DNA of 64,000 nt from an uncultured Pelagibacteraceae bacterium. GTDB lineage: Bacteria; Pseudomonadota; Alphaproteobacteria; Pelagibacterales; Pelagibacteraceae. Below, in pieces: positions 51,603 to 61,125 of the stretch; the first letter of the stretch is position 1; the number at the start of each line of letters is the position of its first letter. The stretch is from the NCBI GenBank assembly GCA_902577525.1, contig CACGZG010000002.1, positions 19,222-83,221 of the forward strand. The letters run 5' to 3'. Position numbers and translations under genes: made by a program. The notes below the pieces were generated by a model. That model was not told the DNA's origin. It worked only from the letters and a program-made list of their open reading frames with translations, and searched no databases.

Positions 51603-51666
51603 GATTGATAATTATTAAGGACTTAATAATATGTCGAATATATATACAATTAAAAAATATTCAACC

Positions 51667-52098
51667 CTAGATTGGCTTAAAAATTACAATAAATATTATG
51701 AAAATAAGGAATAATGTGGGTATTTCATTAATATAACGATAAAATTTTGAGGATTTTTCATTCATATTTAATTGAAATTTATTTAGTAAAACGCCTAAGT
51801 AAAAGTGATAAACAGTTAATAGAATTACTAAAATCAATTTAAGTTGAAGCCATAAGTTAGCTAATTGGCCAAAACCTATTTCATGAATAAGTAACAAACC
51901 AAACAACCAGCTTAAAATCATTGCTGGGGTCATAATATAGAAAAAAAGCTTTCTCTCCATTGTTTTGAATACGTCAGTAATAATTTCATTATTATTTTCA
52001 GAATGATAAACAAAAATTCTTGGTAAATACAAAAGACCCGCCATCCAAGAAATTACAGCTATTAAATGGAGACTTTTGAAGAGTAAGTAAATATTCAT
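51667..52098 (-). CDS. hemJ: Protoporphyrinogen oxidase HemJ
   Basis: KSLHLIAVISWMAGLLYLPRIFVYH, MERKL, NEIPT. Confidence 0.93.
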   Translation of the reverse strand: MNIYLLFKSLHLIAVISWMAGLLYLPRIFVYHSENNNEIITDVFKTMERKLFFYIMTPAMILSWLFGLLLIHEIGFGQLANLWLQLKLILVILLTVYHFYLGVLLNKFQLNMNEKSSKFYRYINEIPTLFLIFIIFIVIFKPI

Positions 52099-52099
52099 T

Positions 52100-53126
52100 T
52101 TATAAACAAGGACATTTTTTAAATTGAGTCGGGCATTGTATTTTGGGGGGGGTATAAATCTTCAGAAAACATTCTTTCTTCCTTCTTTATTACAAGAGAT
52201 GACAGAGAATTAATAAAATCTTTATTTGTCCCAAGAGCTGGAACTCTTATGTAATCAATACAGCCATTCTTTTCTGCAAGTTCTTTATATTCTATATCCA
52301 GCTCAACCAAAGTTTCGGAATGTTCCGAAACAAATGCAATAGGAACTAAAACTATTTTTTTACCTAATTTAGAATTTTCTATTATTACATCTTCTGTGGA
52401 TGGACCAATCCATTTCAAGGGTCCTACACGGCTTTGGTAACTAAGAACCCAATCAAGATTTTTAATATTTAGTTTGCTAATTATTTTTTCTACAGATTTT
52501 TCTACTTGCCACTGATAAGGATCACCTTTTTTAATGTTCTTCTCTGGTAAACCATGAGCTGAAAAAATTAATTTAAAGTTTTCTATTTTATCAATTTTTT
52601 TTAATATCTCATCAATATGCCCTTTTACAAAAAACTCTTCTGTCGGATAACAACAAATTATCGAGGTTTTTGTTTTATAATTATTTTTTTTACAAACATT
52701 TATCCATTCATTAATCGATGATCCAGAAGTAGCGGCAGAATATTGTGGATATAGTGGCAACAAAATAACCTCCTCTGGACTATAGGATTTAACATCATTT
52801 AATACTTTTTCAGCTCTTGGGTGCCAACATCTCATCACAACAAAACATTTATATGAATTCTTTTCATCTTGTTGGTTTAGTTTTTTTTCCAATGCATTAG
52901 ATTGTTCAAGTGTTAATTTTAAGATAGGAGAAGATCCACCAAGTTCTTCATATATTTTTTTTGCTATTGGTGCTCTACGTTTAGAAATAAGTTTTGCCAA
53001 AGGGTATCTTAAAAAATTAGGTAAGTTTAAAATCGCCGGATCATAAAAAAGATTAAATAGAAAAGGCTCTACATTATCTAATTTGTCTGGGCCCCCTAAA
53101 TTAAATAAAATTATTGCTTTTTTCAT
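52100..53126 (-). CDS. hemH: Ferrochelatase; apparent +1 frameshift in a G8 tract near the 3' end
   Basis: NLGGP, LYPQYS, SAHGLP, SYQSRVGP, FVSEHSETL. Removing one base at 52145-52152 restores ...PPKIQCPTQFKKCPCL* ending at 52100. Confidence 0.93.
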
Positions 53127-54127
53127 TAGTAATCCTTTATAGATTTTATTAAATAATCCATCATATCAGGATTAGTTTCTGGCAATACACCATGCCCTAA
53201 ATTAAAGATATAAGGATGATCTTTAAATATATCTAGGTATTTTTTAGATTCTTTTTTTATATTTTCTTTATCAGTTAATAAAACTTTTGGATCCATTCCA
53301 CCCTGAACTGGTATTTTAATATCTTTACTTATTTGTAATGGATCAACTTGGTAATCAATACAAATTGCATCTGGTTTTACAATCTCACAATAATTTTTAT
53401 AATTTTTAATACCTCTTGGGAAACAAATCACAGGTATTTTTAATGATTTTATATAATTTACTAAATTATAAGTTGGAATATAAACAAAATTTGGTAAATC
53501 AGCTTCTCTTAATAACCCGGCCCAACTGTCAAATATCTGTATAACTTGTGCTCCATTTTCAATTTGATTTTTTATGTGAATTTTTAAAAATTTTTCAAGG
53601 ATAATTAATATTCTGTTGATTAAAAAATTATCTTTAAAAAAATTATCATTTAATTTTAGTTTTGGGGACTGTTTGTTAATCATATAAACTAATAAAGTCC
53701 ATGGGGCACCAACAAAACCTATGGTAATCTTATTTTTCACTAATTCACTTCTACTTACCATTTCGATTGCTTTATAAACTGGGTAAACTTTTTCAACAAA
53801 ATCGATTTCATCGATTTTTGAAATTACTTTTAAATCTAACTCTCCTAAAATTGGACCAATATTCTTTATAAATTCTACTTTCTGATTCAATCCGTATGGT
53901 AACATTAAAATATCAGAAAATATTATTGCTGCATCCAACTCAAATCTTCTTAAAGGTTGTAATGTTATTTCAGCAGACAATTTTGAATTAAGACATAATT
54001 TTATAAAATCAGGATTTTGTTTTCTTATATCTCTGAACTCTGGTAAGTATCTACCTGCTTGTCTCATAATCCATACAGGATTTAGATCAGTTCGTTTATT
54101 AATTAATACTTCTTTGATAAGTGACAT
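53126..54127 (-). CDS. hemE: Uroporphyrinogen decarboxylase
   Basis: VWIMRQAGRYLPE, FSDIL, QIFDSWA, FNLGHG. Confidence 0.96.
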   Translation of the reverse strand: MSLIKEVLINKRTDLNPVWIMRQAGRYLPEFRDIRKQNPDFIKLCLNSKLSAEITLQPLRRFELDAAIIFSDILMLPYGLNQKVEFIKNIGPILGELDLKVISKIDEIDFVEKVYPVYKAIEMVSRSELVKNKITIGFVGAPWTLLVYMINKQSPKLKLNDNFFKDNFLINRILIILEKFLKIHIKNQIENGAQVIQIFDSWAGLLREADLPNFVYIPTYNLVNYIKSLKIPVICFPRGIKNYKNYCEIVKPDAICIDYQVDPLQISKDIKIPVQGGMDPKVLLTDKENIKKESKKYLDIFKDHPYIFNLGHGVLPETNPDMMDYLIKSIKDY

Positions 54128-54430
54128 AAAATATAAATTATAATTTATTGTATTTGTAGTATAGCTTGTGGATAATGGTAATTAAAAATTATACATTTTT
54201 TATCAACAAATTATCCCATTCCACTTATCAAATTTAACTTGAATCTGTGACATTTTATATTTAATCAACAGTTTCTATTAACTTTGGAATTAATTAATAA
54301 ATTTGTTTAAAAATGTGAATAATTTTAAAATTATACATTATATTAAAAATAATCCTTTAAACAGTTATCTTTATAATAATAATACAATTTTTATAAACAT
54401 TTTATTAACTAAATAGATAAAAGTTTTTTA
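54128..54430. other. oriC: Probable chromosomal replication origin (oriC)
   Basis: Largest non-coding gap (303 nt), upstream of hemE. DnaA boxes: TGTGGATAA 54167-54175 (perfect), TTATCAACA 54200-54208 and TGTGAATAA 54314-54322 (1 mismatch each), weaker ones at 54262 and 54391. GANTC at 54241. Core genes diverge from this point. Confidence 0.85.
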
Positions 54431-55063
54431 TTATTTTTTCTTATATTGATTATAAAAAAATTGTTTTAATGATCTAGATATTCCACCTATTTTACTTCTT
54501 TTAATTAGTTTTGGTTTATTATTATAAATTTCCATTCTATAACCAGTATTTTTATTTAAAGGTTTTTTCCATGATTTTCCATAAAGATAACGGCAAATAT
54601 TTTTAGGTTTATTTGGCAAGTTAACATTTTTAAATTTTTTACTTTTTTTAATTGGAAAAATTAATCTTTTAGGAATATGTAAAGTGTGACTTTTTAAATT
54701 AATTGAAGACAAAAAATTATGTTTTTCCTCTATATATGTGTTCCTAGGATTATTAATATAAAAATATAGATCAACAAAAGTTTTTATTTTTTTATTTTTA
54801 CGCACTAATTGAATAAAATATTTGTTAATAACTTTTTTATTTATCTTAAAAATCTTTAGTTTTTTTAATACTTTAAGTATTTTTTTTTTAAATTTAATAT
54901 CTATTAAAAGATCAATATCGTCATCACCTCTTAAAATATTTTTTTCTCTTACAACTCCTAAAAGCGTTCCATAAAAAATAAATCCTCTTTCCTTTTTAAA
55001 AACTTTAGAAATTATTAACAAATTTTCTAAATTTAATTTTTGTATGATGTCTTTATTATTCAT
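54431..55063 (-). CDS. LicD-family nucleotidyltransferase-fold phosphotransferase
   Basis: FYGTLLGVVRE...DDDIDL matches the LicD GTLLG-x-VR...DDDID motif; later FVDLY. Confidence 0.75.
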   Translation of the reverse strand: MNNKDIIQKLNLENLLIISKVFKKERGFIFYGTLLGVVREKNILRGDDDIDLLIDIKFKKKILKVLKKLKIFKINKKVINKYFIQLVRKNKKIKTFVDLYFYINNPRNTYIEEKHNFLSSINLKSHTLHIPKRLIFPIKKSKKFKNVNLPNKPKNICRYLYGKSWKKPLNKNTGYRMEIYNNKPKLIKRSKIGGISRSLKQFFYNQYKKK

Positions 55064-55692
55064 TAAAATTTAAAGATAATTCTACTTAAATTTGGATTAT
55101 CGTTTTTAACTATAGATAAATTTTTTGCTGATTTTTTATAAATCACTTTAAGTTTTATTTTGCTGCTTATTTTTTTTATAAACTTTTTAGGATCTATAAT
55201 TCTTCTGAAATGTCCTTTTTCAAACTCAATTATATCATTATGTTTTCTAATTTTTTTTTTCTGAAACATTTTGTCTTTGTGATTTCTAAATTCAAAGAAA
55301 GCTAAAGTGTTTTTTTTTTTTATTTTTTTAATAAGGGTAATTAATTTATTTTCGTTCTTTTCATTTATTGCGTGCACAAAAAATCTACAATAAATAAAGT
55401 CAAATTTTTTAGACATTGTATTTTTCCCTATATCAAATTTTAGAAATTTTAAATTTTTACTTGATTTTAAAGAGTTATTTTTTATTGCATTCTTTGAAAT
55501 ATCAATCGCTGTAACTTTTAAATCATTCTTACTAAAGAAAAAACTATCTCTACCGTTTCCACATCCTATATCAATTATTTCGCTGTTTTTATCTATTTTT
55601 TTTATAACAAATCTAGCAAAACTTGATTCTTTAATTTTTCTGTTATTTTTATAGTAAGTGTCCCAGTAATTGATTAGTAAATTTTTTTTCAT
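55063..55692 (-). CDS. Class I SAM-dependent methyltransferase
   Basis: IIDIGCGNGRD (motif I), AIDIS (motif II), FDFIYCRFFVHAI. Confidence 0.85.
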   Translation of the reverse strand: MKKNLLINYWDTYYKNNRKIKESSFARFVIKKIDKNSEIIDIGCGNGRDSFFFSKNDLKVTAIDISKNAIKNNSLKSSKNLKFLKFDIGKNTMSKKFDFIYCRFFVHAINEKNENKLITLIKKIKKKNTLAFFEFRNHKDKMFQKKKIRKHNDIIEFEKGHFRRIIDPKKFIKKISSKIKLKVIYKKSAKNLSIVKNDNPNLSRIIFKF

Positions 55693-55781
55693 TATATTTT
55701 AATTTTAAAGTTAATATAACTAGATTTATGTTTAACAAGCTTAAAATTGCAATTATATATTAACATATATATTTATTTATA

Positions 55782-56607
55782 ATGAATAACGTCTATCAAA
55801 TATATTTAATTTCAGACTCTACTGGAGAAACGCTAGATAGAATTTTTACTGCTATTAAGGCTCAATTCAAGAATATAAATTACAAAGTTTATACCTACTC
55901 ATTTACTAGAACCGAAAATCAAATTCTTAAAATATTAACTGATGCCGAAAAAATTTCTAATTCTATAATTTTATATTCTATAGTAGATAGTAATTTGGCA
56001 AAATATTTAGCTAATACAAGCAATGATAAAAAAATACCATGTTTTGGAGTATTAGGAGATTTAATATTAAGTTTTTCAAAACTTTTAAATCAAAAAGCAT
56101 CTCATCAACCCAGTGGACAATACGAATTAAATGATGAGTATTATAAAAAAAATTGCTGCAATTCAATTCACAATGAACCATGATGATGGAAATCTTGTAA
56201 AAGAAATTAATAAATCAGATATAATATTATTAGGAGTTAGCAGAACAAGCAAAACACCAACCTCAATTTATTTAGCAAACAAAGGTTTTAAAACTTCCAA
56301 TATACCTTTAGTAAATGAAAATTCTGTTCCTAAAATATTAAGGGAAAACCCAAAAATTGCTTGTGTTGTAGGTCTTAATACAGAACCAGAAAGACTTGTT
56401 GATATAAGAAAAAATAGAATGAATTCATTAAAAGAAACAGAAAATAAAACTTATACAAATCTTGAAAAAATTAAAAAAGAAGTTGATGATGCAAAGAATA
56501 CGTTTAAAAAATATAAATGGCCTGTAATTGATGTAACAAGAAAATCAGTTGAGGAAACAGCAGCATCAATTATCAAAATTTACGAAATTTATAAACAAAA
56601 TGGTTGA
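55782..56607 (+). pseudogene. ppsR: PEP synthetase/PPDK regulatory kinase-pyrophosphorylase, split by a +1 base in an A8 run (real lesion or sequencing error)
   Basis: ISDSTGET in ORF 55782-56183 and GVSRTSKTP in ORF 56131-56607. A8 at 56145-56152; A7 would give the continuous YYKKIAAIQF. Confidence 0.85.
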
Positions 56608-57187
56608 AATAATACTTGCCTCAAAAAGCAAAGTAAGAAAAGAAATACTTGATAAAAATAATATTAATAATCAAGTAAAACCATCAAATGTTGATGAAGA
56701 CATAGTTAAATCAAGTCTTTTAAAAAACAAAGCTACTCCAGAAGATATTTCTAAAAATCTTGCAGAACTTAAAGCCAACAAAGTAAGTCAAATTAATAAA
56801 GATGTTTTAGTTTTGGGTGCTGACAGTGTCATAGATCTAGATGGTGAATTGATTTCTAAACCGGAAAATAGAAAAGAAGCCTTGGATATTTTGAAAAAAT
56901 TAAATGGAAAAAAACATAATTTGATTAGCTCAGTTTGTATTTCCAAAAATGGTGCAATGATTTGGAATTTTACGGATATGGCAACTTTAACCATGAAAAA
57001 TTTTAATGAAAATGAACTTAAAGTTTATTTGTCAAAAATACCTGATGAAATACTTTATGCTTATAATGTTTATCAAATAGAGGGAAAGGGAAGAAATTTA
57101 TTTTTAGAAATTAAAGGTGATGAAAATACCATAATGGGGCTTCCAATTAAAAAAATTAAAGATTATTTGAGTAATTATGAAAGTTAA
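56600..57187 (+). CDS. maf: Maf-family nucleotide pyrophosphatase
   Basis: IILASKSKVR, LGADSV, ISKP, MGLP; likely start MVEIIL at 56600. Confidence 0.9.
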   Translation: MVEIILASKSKVRKEILDKNNINNQVKPSNVDEDIVKSSLLKNKATPEDISKNLAELKANKVSQINKDVLVLGADSVIDLDGELISKPENRKEALDILKKLNGKKHNLISSVCISKNGAMIWNFTDMATLTMKNFNENELKVYLSKIPDEILYAYNVYQIEGKGRNLFLEIKGDENTIMGLPIKKIKDYLSNYES

Positions 57188-57202
57188 CGAAAGTTTTAAA
57201 AG

Positions 57203-57994
57203 ATGAAAAAATTCTTGGTTATTGGAAATCCTATAGAGCATTCATTGTCACCACAACTTCATAATTTTTGGATAAAGAATAATAATTTAAATGCAACGTA
57301 TACAAAAAAAAAATTAAATGATGATGACCTTGAAAAATTAATTCATGAAATGAGAGAAAATAAATTTAATGGTATAAATGTAACTGTTCCTTTTAAAAAA
57401 AAAATTATTCCTTATTTAGATGAACTAAGCAATGAAGCTAAAGAAACTGAGTCAGTAAATACTATCTATATAAAAAATAATAAAATCAAAGGTCATAACA
57501 CAGATGTGAGCGGTTTTGAGCATTCAATAAAAGATTTAAATATTAATATGTGTAATAAAAAAGTTTTAATAATTGGAGCTGGAGGTGTGGTATCCTCTAT
57601 TATATTTGCATTAAATAATATGGGATTACGTAAAATTTTTGTCACAAATAGAACAAGAGAAAAAGCAGAGGATTTAAAAAAATTTTTTAGAAATCTAATT
57701 ATCGTTGAATGGGGAGATGTTCCTGATTTTGATATGATAATCAATGCTACTAGTGTAGGTCTAAATGAAAATGACCAGTTAGAATTAAATTTATCGAAAA
57801 TAAAAAATAAATTTTTTTATGATGTAATTTATAATCCTCCAAAAACTAATTTTTTAAAAAATGCAGAAGTTCTAGGAAATAAAATAGAAAATGGAAAGAA
57901 GATGTTTATTTATCAAGCTGCTGCAGCTTTTAAGATATGGCACAATATTCAACCCGAAATTAATAATGAAGTTTTAAAAGTTTTAGATATATGA
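57203..57994 (+). CDS. aroE: Shikimate dehydrogenase
   Basis: GNPIEHSLSP, NVTVPFK, NTD, GAGG, NATSVG. Confidence 0.95.
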   Translation: MKKFLVIGNPIEHSLSPQLHNFWIKNNNLNATYTKKKLNDDDLEKLIHEMRENKFNGINVTVPFKKKIIPYLDELSNEAKETESVNTIYIKNNKIKGHNTDVSGFEHSIKDLNINMCNKKVLIIGAGGVVSSIIFALNNMGLRKIFVTNRTREKAEDLKKFFRNLIIVEWGDVPDFDMIINATSVGLNENDQLELNLSKIKNKFFYDVIYNPPKTNFLKNAEVLGNKIENGKKMFIYQAAAAFKIWHNIQPEINNEVLKVLDI

Positions 57995-58557
57995 AAAGAA
58001 TAGGAATTTTAGGAGAAATTGGGTCAGGTAAAAGTTTTGTAGCTAAAAAATTTCAGTTTCCAGTTTTTGATGCAGATTATGTTGTTGGTAAATTATATAG
58101 AAAAGATAAAAAAATTTTTAACAAATTAAAGAAAATTTTACCAAACTATTTCAATAAATTTCCAATTGAAAAAAGTGTTGTAACTAGAGCAATATTAGAT
58201 AATAAAAAAAATTTAAAAAAAATAATATTTATTGTTCATTTAGAGGTAAAAAAAAAATTAACTCAATTTTTGAAAAAAAATAAAAATAAAAAAATTGTAA
58301 TTCTTGATATTCCACTTTTATTGGAAAATAAGTTAAACAAAAAAAGAGATATTTTAGTATTTGTTCAATCTAATAGAACTGAAATTTTAAAAAGATTGAA
58401 AAAAAGAAAAAATATAAATTTTAAATTAATTAATAAATTTAAAAATATTCAACTTCCAATTGATTATAAAAAAAAAAAATCTGATTTTTTAGTTAAAAAT
58501 GATTTTAAAAAAGGAACGGTTGAAAAATATGTTAAATATATTTTAAGTAATATTTGA
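57991..58557 (+). CDS. coaE: Dephospho-CoA kinase
   Basis: GEIGSGKS P-loop, FDAD, DIPLLLE; aroE-coaE-dnaQ synteny. Confidence 0.9.
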   Translation: MKRIGILGEIGSGKSFVAKKFQFPVFDADYVVGKLYRKDKKIFNKLKKILPNYFNKFPIEKSVVTRAILDNKKNLKKIIFIVHLEVKKKLTQFLKKNKNKKIVILDIPLLLENKLNKKRDILVFVQSNRTEILKRLKKRKNINFKLINKFKNIQLPIDYKKKKSDFLVKNDFKKGTVEKYVKYILSNI

Positions 58558-58558
58558 A

Positions 58559-59221
58559 ATGAAAGAAATTATTTTAGATACTGAGACAACAGGCTTATCT
58601 ATTCAAGATGGGCATAGAATTGTTGAAATTGGTTGTATTGAAATAGATAATTTGATTCCAACAAATAAAAAATTTCACTATTATTTAAATCCTCAAAGAA
58701 AAGTTTCAGAACAAGCTCTAAAAATACATGGTTATACAGATGAATTTTTGTCTGAGAAAAAAAAATTTAGAGAGATTGTTAAAGAATTTTTAGAATTTAT
58801 TGAAAATAAAAGACTAATTATTCATAATGCATCATTTGATTTAGCTCATTTAAATAACGAATTGAAAATTCTTGGAATGGAGGAATTAAAAAATGAAATT
58901 GTTGACACGTTAGAACTAGCAAGAGATAAATTTCCAGGCTCATCGATAAGTTTGGATGCACTTTGTAAAAGGTATAGGATTGATAACTCTAAAAGATCAC
59001 TTCATACAGCTTTAGTTGACTGTGATTTATTAGCAAAAGTTTATATTAATTTAATTGATCAAAAAGAACCCTCACTCGATTTTCAAAACTATGACATTAA
59101 AGAAAAGTCATTTGATGAGAAAAAATCATATTACAAAAAAATAATAATTCCTTCAGAGGAGGAAAAAAAAAGACACAGTCTTTTTTTGAAGAATAATTTA
59201 AAAAAAAATTATTTTAGTTAA
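58559..59221 (+). CDS. dnaQ: DNA polymerase III epsilon subunit
   Basis: LDTETTG, HRIVEIG, HNASFD, HTALVD. Confidence 0.95.
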   Translation: MKEIILDTETTGLSIQDGHRIVEIGCIEIDNLIPTNKKFHYYLNPQRKVSEQALKIHGYTDEFLSEKKKFREIVKEFLEFIENKRLIIHNASFDLAHLNNELKILGMEELKNEIVDTLELARDKFPGSSISLDALCKRYRIDNSKRSLHTALVDCDLLAKVYINLIDQKEPSLDFQNYDIKEKSFDEKKSYYKKIIIPSEEEKKRHSLFLKNNLKKNYFS

Positions 59222-59636
59222 ATCTTTCGTTATAAAGTTTGTTAAAATCAATTTTTTTTTCTAACTTAATCCCTGGATGACCTGAGTTATGAACTAAATT
59301 TAAAAATGATTTTTCTAAATCTGGATAAATCTTAGTAGGTACATCGCACAAAATAATTTTTTCTAAGTCTTTTTTGTCTTTAACATCATCATTTACCCTA
59401 ACAATAGCAGTGTAAATAATCTCAAAATATGATTTTTTTTCGTTTGGCTCCTTATCTTCAAATTTAAGAGTTGTATTTACTTCTATGAGTTTATTTTTGA
59501 TAGCCTTAGAAGTAATATCAATATTCAATTGATATTTGGAAATATTGTCTTTTACAAATAAATAAGTCTCTATATCTGCAGTTTCCCCAGACATATCTTT
59601 AATAAATTTAGCTAAAATTTTAAATTTTTCTGTCAT
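59214..59636 (-). CDS. secB: Protein export chaperone SecB
   Basis: FIKDMS, FEIIY, PTKIYP, IDFNKLY; dnaQ/secB/fxsA synteny; likely start MTEKFK. Confidence 0.8.
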   Translation of the reverse strand: MTEKFKILAKFIKDMSGETADIETYLFVKDNISKYQLNIDITSKAIKNKLIEVNTTLKFEDKEPNEKKSYFEIIYTAIVRVNDDVKDKKDLEKIILCDVPTKIYPDLEKSFLNLVHNSGHPGIKLEKKIDFNKLYNERFN

Positions 59637-60045
59637 TGTCTTCATCTATATCTTCAAATTCACCTTCTATAAAATCTTTTTTCTCAGTGTTTTTATTTTT
59701 AATTTTGTTTGAAATTTTTCCAAAAATTAATTTTCTTGTTAATGGAAATATTATTAAAAATCCAAACAGGTCAGTTGCAAAACCAGGTATTATTAAAAGT
59801 AGGGCACCAAATGCTATTGCTGCTCCAGATAAAATTTCGTAAGCAGGCATCTCATTTTTAATAATTTGAGTTAAACCGGATCTAATAGTATTTAAGCCTT
59901 CATATCTTGCATAAATAACACCTATAAAAGCAGTAATAAAAATAAGCAGAATAGTACTTAAAGCTCCTATTTCAGATCCAATTTTGATAAATAAATAAAT
60001 TTCTATGATTGGTATCAAAATGATTGATATAAGGACTGTGTTCAT
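59620..60045 (-). CDS. fxsA: FxsA-family membrane protein
   Basis: PIIEIY, LLIIPGFATD, C-terminal IEGEF. Confidence 0.9.
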   Translation of the reverse strand: MNTVLISIILIPIIEIYLFIKIGSEIGALSTILLIFITAFIGVIYARYEGLNTIRSGLTQIIKNEMPAYEILSGAAIAFGALLLIIPGFATDLFGFLIIFPLTRKLIFGKISNKIKNKNTEKKDFIEGEFEDIDEDNDRKI

Positions 60046-60102
60046 TTGTCTTTAATGTAATTGTTGGTTGAAATTATTCAACATAGTAATTACTATCATT
60101 CC

Positions 60103-60699
60103 ATGAATTATAGTTTTGAATACATAGACATCATACTACTTGCAATGATAGCTGGGTTTATTTTTTTGAGATTAAGAGGTATTTTGGGTAAACGAACTGG
60201 TTTTGAGGGAAAAACACCTCCACAGTTTCAAGAAATTATTAAAAATGTAAATCTTGAAAAAAAATTTAATAATTTAGAGAAATTCGATACAGAGGCGCAA
60301 AATGAATTTATTAAAGGTGCTAAAATTGCCTATGAAACTATAATTACTGATTTTAGTGATAATGATAATAAACTTACAACGAGCAAACCTTTATTAAGTG
60401 AAAAAATATACAAGCAGTTTAATGAAGCGCTAAAAGATAGAAATAATAGAGGCCATTTTGCTGAAATTACTTTTATAGGACTTAATTCTGCAAAAATTAA
60501 AGACCACAGTAAAATTGGAAACATTTTGAAGGTAACAGTTGATTTTGTTGCTGAGGTCATAACTTGCGTAAGGGATAAAGAAAAGAAAATTATTTCAGGA
60601 AATCCAGAAAAAATAAAAAAAATTTATGATACTTGGGTATTTTCTAGAGATGTAAAATCAAGTAATCCTAATTGGCAATTAGTTGATACGATAACTTAA
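60103..60699 (+). CDS. Tim44/TimA-domain protein
   Basis: FLRLRGILGKRTG, FIKGAKIAYE, DTWVFSRDVKSSNPNWQL; likely start MNYSFE at 60103. Confidence 0.88.
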   Translation: MNYSFEYIDIILLAMIAGFIFLRLRGILGKRTGFEGKTPPQFQEIIKNVNLEKKFNNLEKFDTEAQNEFIKGAKIAYETIITDFSDNDNKLTTSKPLLSEKIYKQFNEALKDRNNRGHFAEITFIGLNSAKIKDHSKIGNILKVTVDFVAEVITCVRDKEKKIISGNPEKIKKIYDTWVFSRDVKSSNPNWQLVDTIT

Positions 60700-61125
60700 T
60701 TGAATAATAAAATCTCAGATAAAGATAAAAAAGATTGGGAAGATTTCATATCAGATAAATCTACCTTACCTAATAAGGATTTTGATAATTCAAAAAAACA
60801 TGGAATTAAAACAAAATATTATGATTTCCATGGTCATTCTTTAAATGAAGCAAATATAAAAATTGAAAATTTGATTAAAGTATCTTTTGAAAATGGAGTG
60901 CGCAAAATTGTTGTAATCACAGGGAAGGGCCTTCATTCAGAAAATGATAAAGATCCCTATAAATCAAAAGATTTAAGTATTTTAAGATTCTCTTTGCCTG
61001 AATATATTAAAAACAATTTAGAGTTAATGAAATATATTAATGAAATTAAAGAAGCTAATATCGAGGATGGTGGATCAGGGGCTTTCTATATATTTTTAAA
61101 AAAAAATAATAATTTTAAAGAATAA
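60700..61125 (+). CDS. Smr/MutS2 C-terminal-domain protein
   Basis: DFHG, VITGKG, GGSGAFY; TTG start. Confidence 0.87.
   Translation: MNNKISDKDKKDWEDFISDKSTLPNKDFDNSKKHGIKTKYYDFHGHSLNEANIKIENLIKVSFENGVRKIVVITGKGLHSENDKDPYKSKDLSILRFSLPEYIKNNLELMKYINEIKEANIEDGGSGAFYIFLKKNNNFKE

Noticed and set aside
54278-54293. CtrA box in oriC (similar candidate at 55699-55714)
   Set aside because: TTAA half-sites are spaced N8, not N7, and TTAA is very common at this composition.
55251-55321. A10 and A12 coding-strand tracts in the methyltransferase as phase-variation switches
   Set aside because: They are in frame, and equally long runs occur in core genes (A12 in coaE at 58468-58479, T11 in lnt at 12077-12087).
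54420-55781. Mobile-element call for the LicD/methyltransferase cassette
   Set aside because: No transposase, integrase, terminal repeats or target-site duplication are visible.
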